From: Klebsormidium nitens
Taxonomy: Eukaryota > Plantae > Klebsormidiophyceae
Length of the DNA stretch: 64,000 bases
Direction of reading: 5' to 3'
Assembly: GCA_000708835.1 (NCBI GenBank)
Contig: DF237100.1
Coordinates: 9,660-73,659, forward strand
Shown here: positions 46,899 through 59,500 of the stretch, piece after piece
How the letters are laid out: each line of letters begins with the position of its first letter
How positions within the stretch are numbered: position 1 is the first letter of the stretch
Notes under the pieces: model-generated
What the model saw: the letters and a program-made list of their open reading frames with translations, nothing else
Databases searched by the model: none
Told to the model about the DNA's origin: nothing
Translations under genes and position numbers: made by a program

Positions 46899-49800
46899 AT
46901 GGCGGCGCTCGAGATTGGTGAAGCGGGCGCACATCTACTAGCTACTGCATTTCGTGACATCAAAGTTGACAGCTCGACAATGTCTGCACAGCTGGCCAGC
47001 GGGCCTGGCTTGGGTGTCTCCAACTTTGATGAGGAATTTGTAGACCAAACAAGCAAGCTCGGGTCGGCCGAACTCAATAAGGAGGAATCTTACCACATTT
47101 TAAACAGACGATTAGTGAATGTTGTTCTTGACGAGGTGCCCGCTCCCCCTCTCAATACCAACAGGATAGAGAGCTCTCCAAGGCCTGTCTCTCAGCTTCT
47201 GGAAGAGGAACGTCCTGAAGAATCTTCGAAGGTGCAAGAAGCAGCAGCCCCTCAACCAGCGCATGCTTCTGGTTGGTCTTCAGATGAAACTGAGAGGCTT
47301 CAGAGTCATAAGGATGCAACCTCTAGTAGAGAGACTGGAAAAGCTCCTTTGGGGAAGGGGTTTAGGGGCTATCTCGTCCAAGACTCGCTCAGCTCTCAGG
47401 CGCATGCAGAGCAGTACAGGGCTGCATTCAGAAGCGGGAGCATTGGCAGCTGCTTGGAATGGACGGTGTCAAATGATGGCCTTGACATGCTACAAGGGAG
47501 ACCAAGCGAGTTGGGTGCGCACCTTCATGGAAAGGAACAGCTGACCTACTTGTTCACCGAGCAGCGGCGGCTGATGAACGATTTTTTTGAGAGCCTAGAT
47601 ATGGACCAGGTGGGCCCCTTTAATACTCTCCTTGATCTTCAAAATCAGCTGCTCTGAGCTGCCTAGTAAGCAGGGTTTCCTTACGGGCATATGAATCGAA
47701 TGTCAAGCTCCTCTGCTTGCTCAAATCTCTGGAAAGTGTATACAAACGACAGACCTGCAGTCTTAATTTATCAAAAGACTTGCCTGAAGTAGAAGTAGAC
47801 AGGTTGTGCTCAACAATTCAAGTGGGAACCCAGATCTTTCTACCACTAAAGCTGTCCCTCTTTCTACCCCTTCTGTAGGTCCACACATTCACGCAGCTGT
47901 GCCTTTCCTGCCAAGGTGTCCTGATCTTCACCGGGGTTGGCAAGTCGGGTTTCATTGCACAGAAGGTTTCACAAACGCTGGTGTCGACAGGAACCAAAGC
48001 CCTCTTCCTGTCTCCAACTGACGCTTTACATGGAGACATTGGAATCATTGGCCCAAAGGTGAGAGGCAAAAGGCCCGTCTGGTCTTCGGTTGTTTGGTGT
48101 CAAAGAGTATGCAGCATCAGGAAGGTGCGCCAACAGAAGTTGAATTTGTTCGACGCAATCAGTGTGAGCACCAAGAGCACTAAAGGTTCTTGCACTCAAG
48201 TCATAATGTGCACCACCTAAGTGATGTAAAAGGATGAATCGTACTAAAAATCTGCTCTGGTTTCAACTCACTTTCTGTCATTTCAGGACATTCTCGTGCT
48301 GTTCAGCAAGAGCGGCGCAACTGAGGAGCTGACCAAGCTGGCGCCTTACGCCAAGGCCAAGGGCGCGTACCTGGTGGCAGTCACGTCCTGCCAGGACAGC
48401 AAGCTGGGCAGGATCTGTAACATGCACGTCCACCTACCACTGGAAAGAGAGGTATCATTGAAGTCGCTAGTACCGCTCAATTCTATGGCATCGAATGTTG
48501 CTAGTGCTGGGCCCATCAAAGCCGTCAGTAGAATCTGCTCAATCAGATCGAAACGCTTCAGGAAGCGATGATTATGGTAGGAAGCAATGAGCTTTGACAC
48601 CAGTGCACTTGCGTTTGTGCAATAAAATCACCCTAAGGACTTCGAATGCGGTTCTTATGACGTTCCTAGACGCCAAGTCTTCCTAAACCGACAAAGGCGT
48701 GTTTTTGCAGCTGTGCCCGTTCAACTTGGCCCCAGTCACATCGACCACGATCCAGATGCTGTTTGGCGACACAGTCGCAATCGCGCTGATGCAAGCCAAG
48801 CATCTTACGAGGGAGCAGTACGCCAAGAATCACCCTGCGGGTCGGATTGGGAAACGGCTGATCCTGCGGGTAAGCCTGCAGACAAATCTTTCTGGAAGCA
48901 AGCGCCAGGTAACGGTTGTTTCTGTAAGCCATCACATTACATGCAGGCCAAGCACCATAGAAAGGTCCTGATACGTAGGTGGATAGACTGTCGTGCTCTT
49001 GATCAGGTTCTTCGGCCCCCACCTTTGACGCTTGATTCTTTACATGATCTTCAGTACTAGACAAGGACCGCCAAAGAAAGCACCGCCGTAACTGAAGCTT
49101 CCATGTACCGATGCAACAACCCGCCAACAGGTGATTGAAAGCAACCCCGCCAACTGGTAATGGGAAACTTGACTTGGCTTCAGGCTTCAGGCTTTGACAC
49201 GGTCCTCGTGAGCTCAAAGAAAGATTTGAGGTGCGTTGATCTGAGCACGTTATCTTTTTTCAAACAGGTTCAGGATGTGATGAAGAAGGGCGCAGAGCTG
49301 CCGCTGTGCGCACCCGAAGCTCCCCTGATGGACATGCTAGTTGAGCTGACGCAAAAGGGGTGCGGCTGCCTGCTGGTGACCGATCAGGTACGTGTGACGG
49401 CTCAGCATCGGATGTTCTTTCTGCTGTTATTCGCAACCGACTGTTCGCGCCAAAGTCTCCTCCGCAAGCTGAACCAAGAGAATCGGGTTGTTGATCCGGC
49501 AGAAGCCTGTTCGAAAAGGGACAAAAGGCCATATTTGCTTTCTTTTGCAGCAAAAAAAGCTTCTTGGCACGTTCACGGACGGGGACCTGCGGCGGTCGCT
49601 AAACAGGTTCGGCTCGGACGTCATGTCGAAGCGGGTTGGGGAGCTGATGAACGAGTAAGCTTTTCCAGGACACATCCTCATCGCCTTGAGGCACAGGATC
49701 CGACAGTCGAGTCTGTTTCTACCTGTGGAAGGCTTTGTTTCGTGCCGTATTCTCAGCTGAACCAAGTTACCTGGGTTCCCGTCTTTGAGATTGATTCTTG

Positions 49801-50066
49801 CCTCAGGTCCGTACCTCGTACACAATCGCAACTCATTCCAGATCAAGTGCTACCTGGCCTGGGCAGATAAGGACTTGAGCCAGAAGCTCATGTCGTCGAA
49901 GTTGCGGTACAGGAATCCACGTGCCGTGCCTTTCGACTCGATGGCTGTCGAAGCGCTGCAGCAGATGGAGACGTCCAACCCGGTCACTTTCCTACCGGTG
50001 GTCGACACCCAGCGCAGAGTCACTGGGCTCGTCACCCTGCATGGGCTAGTGGCAGCAGGTCTGTGA
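46899..50066 (+). CDS. kdsD: Arabinose-5-phosphate isomerase (KpsF/GutQ, SIS + 2 CBS)
   Basis: [76 protein letters not shown]; exon 1 is 46899-47609; SETH3-like. Confidence 0.95.
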
Positions 50067-50779
50067 AGCTGGCGGGTCAAAATGATAACCAGTAGCCTTA
50101 CGACAAGCCCCCGATCCGTTGAAAAGACTTTCTGGCGGGCATTCTTGGATAAAAGTAGCTTTTACTATTGCTCAGAGAACATCTTGACTCAGGCGGCGTT
50201 CGCATAAGCGAATGTTGCTTTCTAAGCCGTGTCAATCTCGCACTGAACGTTGGCCGGGCACGCTGGCACGCAGTAATCCATGTAACTTATACATAGGAAG
50301 CTTAGAAAAGTACGAACCTCACTTGGGCATGCTGTTTAGGGCATTGTACCTCTTTGCGCTCGCTAGAAACCGCTTCTCCGACGGATTTGCCTGAACCAGA
50401 GTACAGCATTTCGCGAACCTGTCAGTGTTGGTGGTCGGACCATGAGGTGCTTGACAGGTTCTGGAGAACCGAGGAGCATCAATTCTGCAACAGCCCTGGT
50501 CTCTTGCAATTTGATCGTTGCGAGGACTGGCTGCAAGCTGACAACTAACGTAAAGCTGCAATTCTTCACTTATTTTGGAACAACAAAGTCGAAAGCTAGG
50601 GCATACATGGAGCGTAATGAATACAGCTGTACGGTTTGTCTCGAAGCAATTGGGCATGACACTTAGCATGTGCGGTTCCACTTTGTATCAATGAGAACTC
50701 CAAAGAGCGTGCAATGCGCAGGTAAAAGTTGTGCAATGTCCGATGCAAAAGGTTCTAGACGCGCAGGAGGCGCTGATCA

Positions 50780-53700
50780 TTAGTCAGTCCAGTATCCTGG
50801 AGTGTACCAGCTGTCCTGCTCCTCATCTAGACTGTCGATCAACGCGCTTACCAACCCACATCTCTCCGCAATCCAAGCTCTCATGTCCTCTATAGTGCTC
50901 ATGTTACGGTCGTACTCCTCCTGTAATTTTGAATGCCGGTCCACACTTCTCTGATCAAAATCTTCCTCGGCACCCGTCTTGATGCAGAATAGCGGTTCAT
51001 ATTCGTTCTCAAGCGCCCCCTCCTCATTGCTTATGACGAAGGGCATTTGGTTCCTGCGGACAGTTTGTGTAAGAAAATGTCTGTGAGATCGACTCTCAGG
51101 GCGTAGACCCGCAGGGGGAGACAAGCGTCTAGCCGTGTGATGATCGTGATGATGAACGGCGGCCATGATCCACTATTCTTGCTGTGAATAAAGAGATCGG
51201 AAGATCCTGGAAGAAAGCTGCGCCCTGCGACAGTTTGTCAGGAATGACAAGATTTTAGCACGCGCCATGAAAAAATCTGAGACACTAGAGTCGTTTTAAG
51301 AATACATTAAAATTGGTAACATTTGCAGCAAGATAACTCCAGACAGATTATGACCTTGTGACAGTCTTACCTTCGGACGGAGTCGATGAGGTGCTCCTTA
51401 GCGTCGCGGCCCGGGCACGGCAGCTGAAGTTCCACTCGGAACGGATCCATGCAGAATTGAACTAGCTGCTTGCAGCCTCCACAGCCACAGGCGCTCGCGG
51501 TGGGGAGTACCCAGACGTCGAGCTGGGGGGGCTTCACACAGCGGCTCTCCAGAGCGTCCAGGCACCCCCAGTACAGTTTCACAAACCAGGTTTTCTCGTC
51601 GAAGCGGCTTCCTAGATATCCAAGAAGCGGCTCAACGGCGGGGAGAAGGGTCTTGTCGAGGTCGTACAGTTTTGGTGTCACGAAGAAGTGGGCAACGACG
51701 GCTTCCATTCTCTCTCCGCTGAACGCTAAGCTGTCAAGGGCTGTCATCAGGCTAAATACGAAACCGCCATTGCGAGCGTATGGTGGCGGCAACTCCGTTT
51801 TGAACGGTGGGTCCTCTTCGTTGAGCAAGGCGTCGACCTATTTGCCCGCGTAGTGTTTGTGGAACCTCTCGGCGACGACGACGAGCCTTTTGAGGGAATC
51901 TTGCCCAGGTTCACGCTTAGCCGCTCGCTCTAGTTCGATCCCTGCCGCTATCATCGTTGAGAGAAGGTCGGCCGCCGATTGTGAGTCAAAAATTAACCCT
52001 CTGACGATCACCTCAGTTGCCGGCGCCATCATATCCCACCCGAACCGCTCAACCACCCTCAGATACAGTCCGATCACTCGCACTTCCCGAAGATCAGGCA
52101 TCGGCGGGCAGTGGGTAAGACCCAAAAACGTTTGCGCTTCGCGACCGCAAACCTTTGCCACGAAGGCTTCCACAGCTTGTCGAGACATTGCTTCTCGCTC
52201 ACTGTCTGGTTGGCATGACACCTGACCGTCACTGGTTTTGCTTCCTCGAGCCAGCCCTTTCTCGATTTCGCATGTAACTGGGCGAGGTTCCGCTGTGCCT
52301 GCGTCTTGCGACTTGTGCTCCTGTTGCGGCGGAGCGATCTCGAGCAGAAGCCAGAAACCGCATTGGAAGTGCAGAGCAAACGCGTGTAGGACGGCGCGCA
52401 CGATGAGCGGTCCCAAAGCTTTCCAGCCAAACTTGACTCCGAGGGGAGGCACGATGCCGAGTTGGTACAAGTGGCGGTCCAGAACCTGGCTGGCGTATGC
52501 TTGGAGGAAAGCCTGAGGTGGACAGAAAGATAGAACAATGACAGTGTCCCGGGGAATCGGCTTGCAGAATCTTTAGCTTTCAACCTGCTAAGCAAAGCTG
52601 AGGTGCTACCAAACCAAAGCATTTGGTGACAGGGCAAAGCATTGGTTTTCAGGGGAGCCGTCCGCGGAAGAGCTCGAACAAAAGAGACTCCCGGAAAAGA
52701 CATGTATGAGCACTTGCTATTCTAAAGAGTCCAGGAGATCGAAGCAGAAAAGCAAAGATTTTGGGATCAGAAGAGAAAGCACTGAGAAACCTTCTGGGAT
52801 CGGGAGAGAAAGCTCTGAGAAACCTTCTCACCTTCGCTAGCTCCACGTCACCATGACGGATGATCAGGTGAACCAAGCTTCTCGCGGACGGGCCGAAGAG
52901 CCGATCTGCTCCGTGCACTGCCAGAGCTTTGAGAGCACACGACAGCTCTGTTACGGCGTGAACTTGGCCGTGCTCGAGCACCAGGTCGGCCACAGTCTGG
53001 GCTTCGCCGGGAGAGAAGCGGCCTGTGGCCAGGCACGCATCCTCGAGAAGGCGCGGCAGGGCTACTACAGTTCTCGACAGCCAACATGCTTCCTGCGGAG
53101 AAACCACGTGTGCGGTCTCTATCAAAACATGTTCTCTTCCTTAGTTGCTTTCTGGATCTTTTGAATTAGCTTTAGCACGTCGGTTGTAGCCTTCTCGCGC
53201 ATCGCTGTCTGCCGCTCTGAAGAGGACAAAGATTCATGTCTAACACCGGAGCTGCAGATTGGAGCCTTGCTTATTGGTACATGAGGGCCAGGAAGATATC
53301 GCAAAGAAACGACTGTCATTGCCGTACGCCTTACCGCGAGCGCTGCGACCGGATTGCTGGTGCTGCGCACTTCCCAACGCCTGTTGAACGGCCAGACTAT
53401 AGCTGCGGCCCCGTAGGTTCCGGAAGAGTTCCAAGCATCTTCGTCGTCGAGAAGTTGGTGGTGGGGAGCACTCCTGGGAAGCAGCTCTGCAGAACAGTGT
53501 GCCTCAACATTGATGGTGTTGATTTCCGAGGAGTGCTGAAAAGGCACTGGATAGGACGAACTAAATCTCTTTCCTGAAGGACGATGGAGGTACGATGGTT
53601 CCAGTCAAAGGAAAAGTGCATGAATTCATCTTTCTGATGCAAGACGTTGGGTCCACAAAAAGGTCGCCATTGTTAACAAACCGTCATCCCGTAGAGTCTT

Positions 53701-55796
53701 TGAACGTTTCTTCAAAGAGTATTCTCACCTGGGGTGTTGACTCCGATACGGAGATAGCATCCCAGCTCTCCCCCGCATCCTTTCATGTGTATGAGTTCCA
53801 TTCGAGGGTGCGTCTCGTGCTGGTAGCGTGAAAGGCATGTTTGCAGCATACCGACGTCGATGTGAAAATGTTGACTTTCAGGGCACTGCAGCAACGAGCG
53901 AGGTCCCTTGTATTTTTAGCTGGGTGTCTGACGGAGATCACCGTTTGACAACAAGATATCCAGAACGCACTGTGTAGGGATTGAACCTTTTGTGAGGGTA
54001 CTCTATCAAGAGAATTCCTGGAACGAATACATCTTGAGGGAAGTGCGAACCAGGGTCAGTTCGGTGAGGGTAAAACAGAATTCTCGGCTCTACTTCGCCT
54101 GCTCGATGCAGGCCTGCTTCCAAGCTTGAACTTGCTACTGTCGCTTACCGCAGCAGCTTGCAGCAAAGCGTCGAGAATGGCAATGTCTGTTCCCCGGAGG
54201 TTTTCGAAGGACAAGCTCCTCTCGGTGTATCTGTGCACGAGCGGAATCACGAGCTTCCGGGGCCCGCGGGCGTCCTGGCTCCAGGCGCTCATCAACTCTT
54301 GAATCGTCGTCACGGCTTGAGTGTTGTCAGCGGGTTGTGGGACGGACGTAGAGCCCTGCCAAAGTACATACGAAGATGGTGACGCTGATAGAGAAAATGA
54401 AACTGATGCTTATAAGAGGACATTTCTGAGCTTTTTTTGAAGCAAATGTCTGATGGCAAGCGTGACTGTCGACTTCGTGTCTGCATGTCGTTGACATGGA
54501 AAACTCAATTGGTATGCAATTTAGAACAAAGCATTCAAGACTACTGTCAGTCGGACCCAGCTACACAGTGACAGACGTGTTCAAGTAGACAGTTTTACGT
54601 CTACCTCAAGCTGACGGATCGCACTTCTCCAAATGGGAAAGAAAGCGATGTAAGAACGACATGACACAGAAACGGTTGCCGGCTCTACCTGTGTAACTAG
54701 GTCATAGACGAGCGTCAGAAGAAAGCCGGTCCGGACGGGCAGAATCTCGTGCTCACATCCCGCAAAGAAGGCGGCACAGTGAATATTGTACAGGCCGTCT
54801 CTTGCAACGGAGAAGGTGCTTTCTTGGCCCGCATAGCGCACGATCAGTTCACCTAGAGTAAGCCAAGAGCCGGTTAACACGCCTTCCTGAAGAAGATCTG
54901 GTAAATCCACCTCTCTGACTTTAGGGGAGCAGTAAACTTCAAAAGTCGAACATGCTTTCCTTCTGAAGTGGATTTCAATATACGAGACATCAGGACAGTG
55001 GAGCAATCCTGAATGTCAAATTCTGCAATTTGATTGCAAGCACGACAAAGTGAATTAATTTGCCAGCGGTTTCCTCACCTCCCGAGTGAGCTGCTGGGAG
55101 CACAATCATCAAAGTACCGAAGGAGCCCTTGGCCTCCGATTTCCCCATGTCCCGGTGTTGGGATTTGGAGAAGCCACCAGCATCGTACAGAAGAAGCTTG
55201 CTTAGTCTTGGCTCCACCCTCACTGTATTCGGAAGGCGAAGTGCTGGCTTCACCATTTCATTCACAATCTCGTTCATTTGGGTCTCCCAACCGACGCCTG
55301 CCAGGCTGAAGTGTCTGGGTGAGAGCTGCAGACATCCCCACCTCTGGTTGTCGTCGATCATCGCTCTGCCAAACAAAGACGAAGCACAAAAGTGCTCAGA
55401 AATGGTTGGGGTTGAAAATGACAAATGATGTGCTACACATCATTTCTGGAAGCAAACCATCTTCTCAAACTTGAAAGGCATCAAAGCTAGGCTTAGCAGT
55501 GCCCCGATACATAGCACATCCCTAGTCAGAATTTGACGACTCCTGGAAAGAAAGCTCCATTCTTCAACGTGCAATCTTCACTCTTACTTTGAACGCACTT
55601 GGGAAGCCAAGTTCTGTGCTTGCTGTGGAGCAAGTGGTAAGCCAATGGGTCCACTTCCGGGGATCTCCAGTCCAGGGGGATTGAAGGATCTCAGCGAACC
55701 ACCACAGCTGAACGTGCCAGGTCGGGATATGCTTGCAAGTGCTGAGCTCAAGTCCTCCCGATAACTTCGATCCTGGGGTCCTGAGGGAGCCTCCAT
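50780..55796 (-). CDS. Large 2OG-Fe(II) oxygenase-like domain protein, copy 2
   Basis: MEAPSGPQDRSYREDL...GTFSCGG; LLLYDAGGFSKSQHRDMGK...FGTLMIVLP; CAAFFAGCEHEILPVRTGFLLTLVYDL; CGCGGC motif; exon-for-exon similarity to 24180-29226. Confidence 0.82.
52763..52828. repeat. 33-bp tandem duplication in an intron of oxygenase copy 2
   Basis: gggatcagaagagaaagcactgagaaaccttct / gggatcgggagagaaagctctgagaaaccttct. Confidence 0.8.
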
Positions 55797-56059
55797 CAGG
55801 GTTAGAGCTTCGGAATCTTACACGTGACCAGACAGCCGACCAGCATGCAAAGAGCTGAACACCGCTTTTGTTCGCGGTTCTCCAAGTAGATATGGCTGGC
55901 AGCACGATATCGCTTCGCAAAGGGTCCTTCGTCGCAACATATGCACAGTTGTAAACCTGATTGAACTTACTTGCGCTTTTGAGCCCGGCCTTTGAACTGT
56001 ATAGAATGACCTTTGACTGCCTCTCTTAAACGAGAGCTTGCCTATAAATCATCCCCGTC

Positions 56060-56370
56060 AGACCGTCACCCCGGCCTGCGCGAAACGTATCCTCGGCCGG
56101 CCGCCGCTGGCCCGCTGCTTAGTACCGCGCAGGCCCGAGGTAGGAAGGTTTACTAATGAACCAGACTTCGGTTCGGCCCGCGCGCGGCCGCCTGGGGTGG
56201 CCGCCGTGGCGGCCGCGCGATGGTTGGCCGCGCGTTTGCATGGGGCGGCCGGGCGCACGCGCCCATGCACGCATGGCAGCCTGCCGGCCAGCTCGCCTAG
56301 CTGGGGCCAGCCTAGCTGGCCTCGGAGCTATTAGGGCTCCGCTGGGGCGCAGCTTGGTAGGGCGCATGAA
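56060..56370. promoter_or_regulatory. GC-rich GGCCG/GCGGCC island in the divergent intergenic region between oxygenase copy 2 and EDR2
   Basis: Dense GGCCGG, GCGGCCGC and CCTAGCT repeats between two divergently transcribed genes. Confidence 0.35.
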
Positions 56371-56596
56371 GCGCTGGGGCCAGACGCTGCAAACTCTGTA
56401 CAAGTAGGAAAGCAGTTGCATACTTTCATGAGCACCATGGTGGCTTCAGAAAGTGCAAATGATGCACTGCATTGATTCCTTAAGACTTGAAAGGTAGCTG
56501 TTGTGAGAGCATGCAATGCTGCGACCCTCAGGTTGATATGTTTGAACTTTTCTATGCAACACCCACCCACGTGGAATGTAAAGAATCATAGACTAG

Positions 56597-59500
56597 ATGG
56601 AGGGAGAGGTACTTGTGATTCTCGAGAATGATTTGGCTGGGGGTCCAGCCCAAGTGACCAAGCGGTACCTTGTGTTGAAGGGTCGCAGGTTTGAGGTTTT
56701 CCCAGACAAGCCAAGGGAAGGAGAAGTGAGTAGCACACTGAATTTTGAGCTGTGCACCCTACATCACTCGCACGAATCCATGCACGCTTTGCACCCGCCA
56801 ATTGACTTTTAGTAAAGTACTTCTTCAGAAGCCTCATGTTTGGACTAGAGTGCTAAGCGAGGTGGTGCACCACCTTCAAGATATATTTCGAAAATCCGCT
56901 CCTTTCGTGTGCCTGCGCTATGGAAAGTCAGAATGAAAGTCAGCGCCGCTACGCCATAACTGCCACTATGTTTTGTCAGAAGGGCTGTGGGCTTTTCTGA
57001 CACAACCAACAACCAGGGCCTTGCATTCTGTGCGCATTGTTGGAAGTTCTAGCTCACAATCTACAGCAATATATGCAGAAGCCAACGAGTGTGGGACTTC
57101 TTGGGCCGGACATCCGAGTGAAGCAAGGAACGAGAGAGACTGTAGCGGGGCAGGTAAAAACGCGCACTTCTTCAGGCTCATTGTGGGGCTCCCCCCGCTA
57201 TTTGAAGACATAATGAATGAACAGAGAAGCTTCTCTGTTACACCACTATTTTTGATAGTGGTCCAAGAACCTCATGTGACCTTCATTGTGACGGTGATCT
57301 AGATATCTGGTGGCAGGCAAACAACCAATTTCTAAACCTGTCTACCGTCCACCTTCTCTTTGTTAGAAGACATATGCTTACATGCACTGGAACTATGGAT
57401 CTCAACCCCCCCATCTTGTTCGCAGAAGCTCTTCACATTTGTCTTGTCCAGTACGTTGGCCACCAAGAAAGAGACGAAGGTATGTCTCGGATCCTTCTGG
57501 TTCTCCCCCCCCCATTATGTGCTGTTTCTTATTCTGGAAGGCTCTGTCTTTGAGCAGGGCTTTTAATGCTGTGAACTCTTGGAGTACTCAAAGCTCTTAC
57601 ACACGGGGACCTTACAAGTCTTATCTTTTTCTGTACCAGCTGGGCACCAAGGCTGGGAAGGATGCTGTAAAATGGATCCAAGCAATTACGGCCAGTGTCG
57701 AAGGGGTAAGTGGCTCAACTTTCCTGTCCCACTCCTTCAGAGAGCTTTCGGACTTCATGACCAAAGGCAGACCAAAGGCTGACACTTTCATCACATTGCT
57801 TCAAGTCGTACAGAGTCTTCTTGTTGAACGCTTTTTGCAATGCGGAACATCCTGGTCGTCTATCGAGCCCTCTATAGGATGCTCACTTTGATTACTTCGA
57901 CCGAAGACCGGAGGATGTGTGGACTGTTTTCTGCTTCTTGTCTACTGCTGCTTCTCCTCCTTTGTATTACGCCGATGAGATTGCTGATCTATGTTTGAAG
58001 ATGCTGAGGCCGTGCAATAGGTGATTGCAACACCCTTCCAATCAAAGGATGTGGACAGAAAGGAAAAGAGGAAGAAAGCTGGCAACATACATCACATGTC
58101 TCGTTTCGTGGAGCAACTGGCCAGCAAAGAGTATGTAACTTTCGCATGTAGTCCCTCCAACGGAGCGAGAGCTGGAAGCTGGCCAGCCCTGACGATGCCG
58201 TCGCTGTTAAGATTGGCGAGGTGGACATTGTGGCGCAAGTCGCGTGGAGACTGTACAAGTGCGAGAACGGTGAGGAACGCCCCTGCTTACGTTGTGAGAA
58301 TTTTTAAGGCGTCGATTCCGTTTTGGCCACAGTTGCGCCTCCATTTCGTTCAACAACCAAAAGTCTAAGCCTAACGGATCTACTGAATAACAGCTAAAGA
58401 CAAGGTGCAGCTCTCTCCGTGAGAGCCACACCTGAATAGATATCAATTCCAGACTTTGACGACACAGAAAGTCCCCTGTTCGCCTTCTATGAAACCGCTT
58501 TTGATATATCACAGCTGAAAGGAGTTGCGTAGTATTTTTGAGGGTCTTCAGGCGCACTCTCGATACAATGTGAGACCAAAGGCGCAAGATATTCGTCGCT
58601 CTGTCGCAAAGGTTCTCAAGCGGCCGTTATGCTGTATGTCTCAGGCTAGCCCGTTATCGATGGTCGACACTTCTGTTTGAATACATCCCTTTAGCTCCGC
58701 ATCGGAAGAGTCTTCCCTCGAGTCATATGGTCATGATGACGAGTCCTTGTGCCTTCTTTTCTCTTCACGGGCTTGTGCTTTCTCGAAGAAACTTATCCGT
58801 TCTTTCTTCTTTACAGGTTTGCGCTTCTTCGAGGAGACCAGCGCTCAGGGCAGCGCACCAAGGCAGCGGGTAACGAAGGTTTTGGGTGTGGTGGAGGCAT
58901 CGACAGAGGCAGTGTTCAACCTAGTAATGGACCTGGGGACCACACGCACAGAGTTAGCCACTTGCCTTTACTTTCTTCCATCTGTCGTTTCAATTGTTGG
59001 TTACGTGCCGTTCCCTGGAGGACCAGCGAGTCATCTGGAACTGATTGCGCCCTCTTGTGAAAAAAGGGGACGTTTCTAAGCCCCGCGGCAACAAGTTTGT
59101 GATTCCACACGCGAGAAGTGCTTCGTAGACGTGCCCTGCACAACAGAGAATGCAGGTAGAAGGAAGGCTGCTATGACTGTGCGGGTGGCGATAGGAATGG
59201 CTTTAAAAGCCCGCAATCGTCAATGGTCCCTTGAAGAAAGATGTTGAAATTGAGCAGGGATGATAGTGGACTGGCAGACCCGTATTGGAAAAGACGCCTG
59301 TTTGTCACGACGAGCGGTCTGCATTCTGATATTCTTGCTTACCTTCTTCTGAAGGAACGTCGAACAAGTCACGAACCGTTTTGCGAATGTGTTCGAAACA
59401 ACACGACGCTGTTTGAGGACAGTTCCCCACACAGACCTGGCTCGAAACCAAGAAACCAACTCCTCACATTGAGAACAGCGCAGTGAGAACAGCTGCTTGT

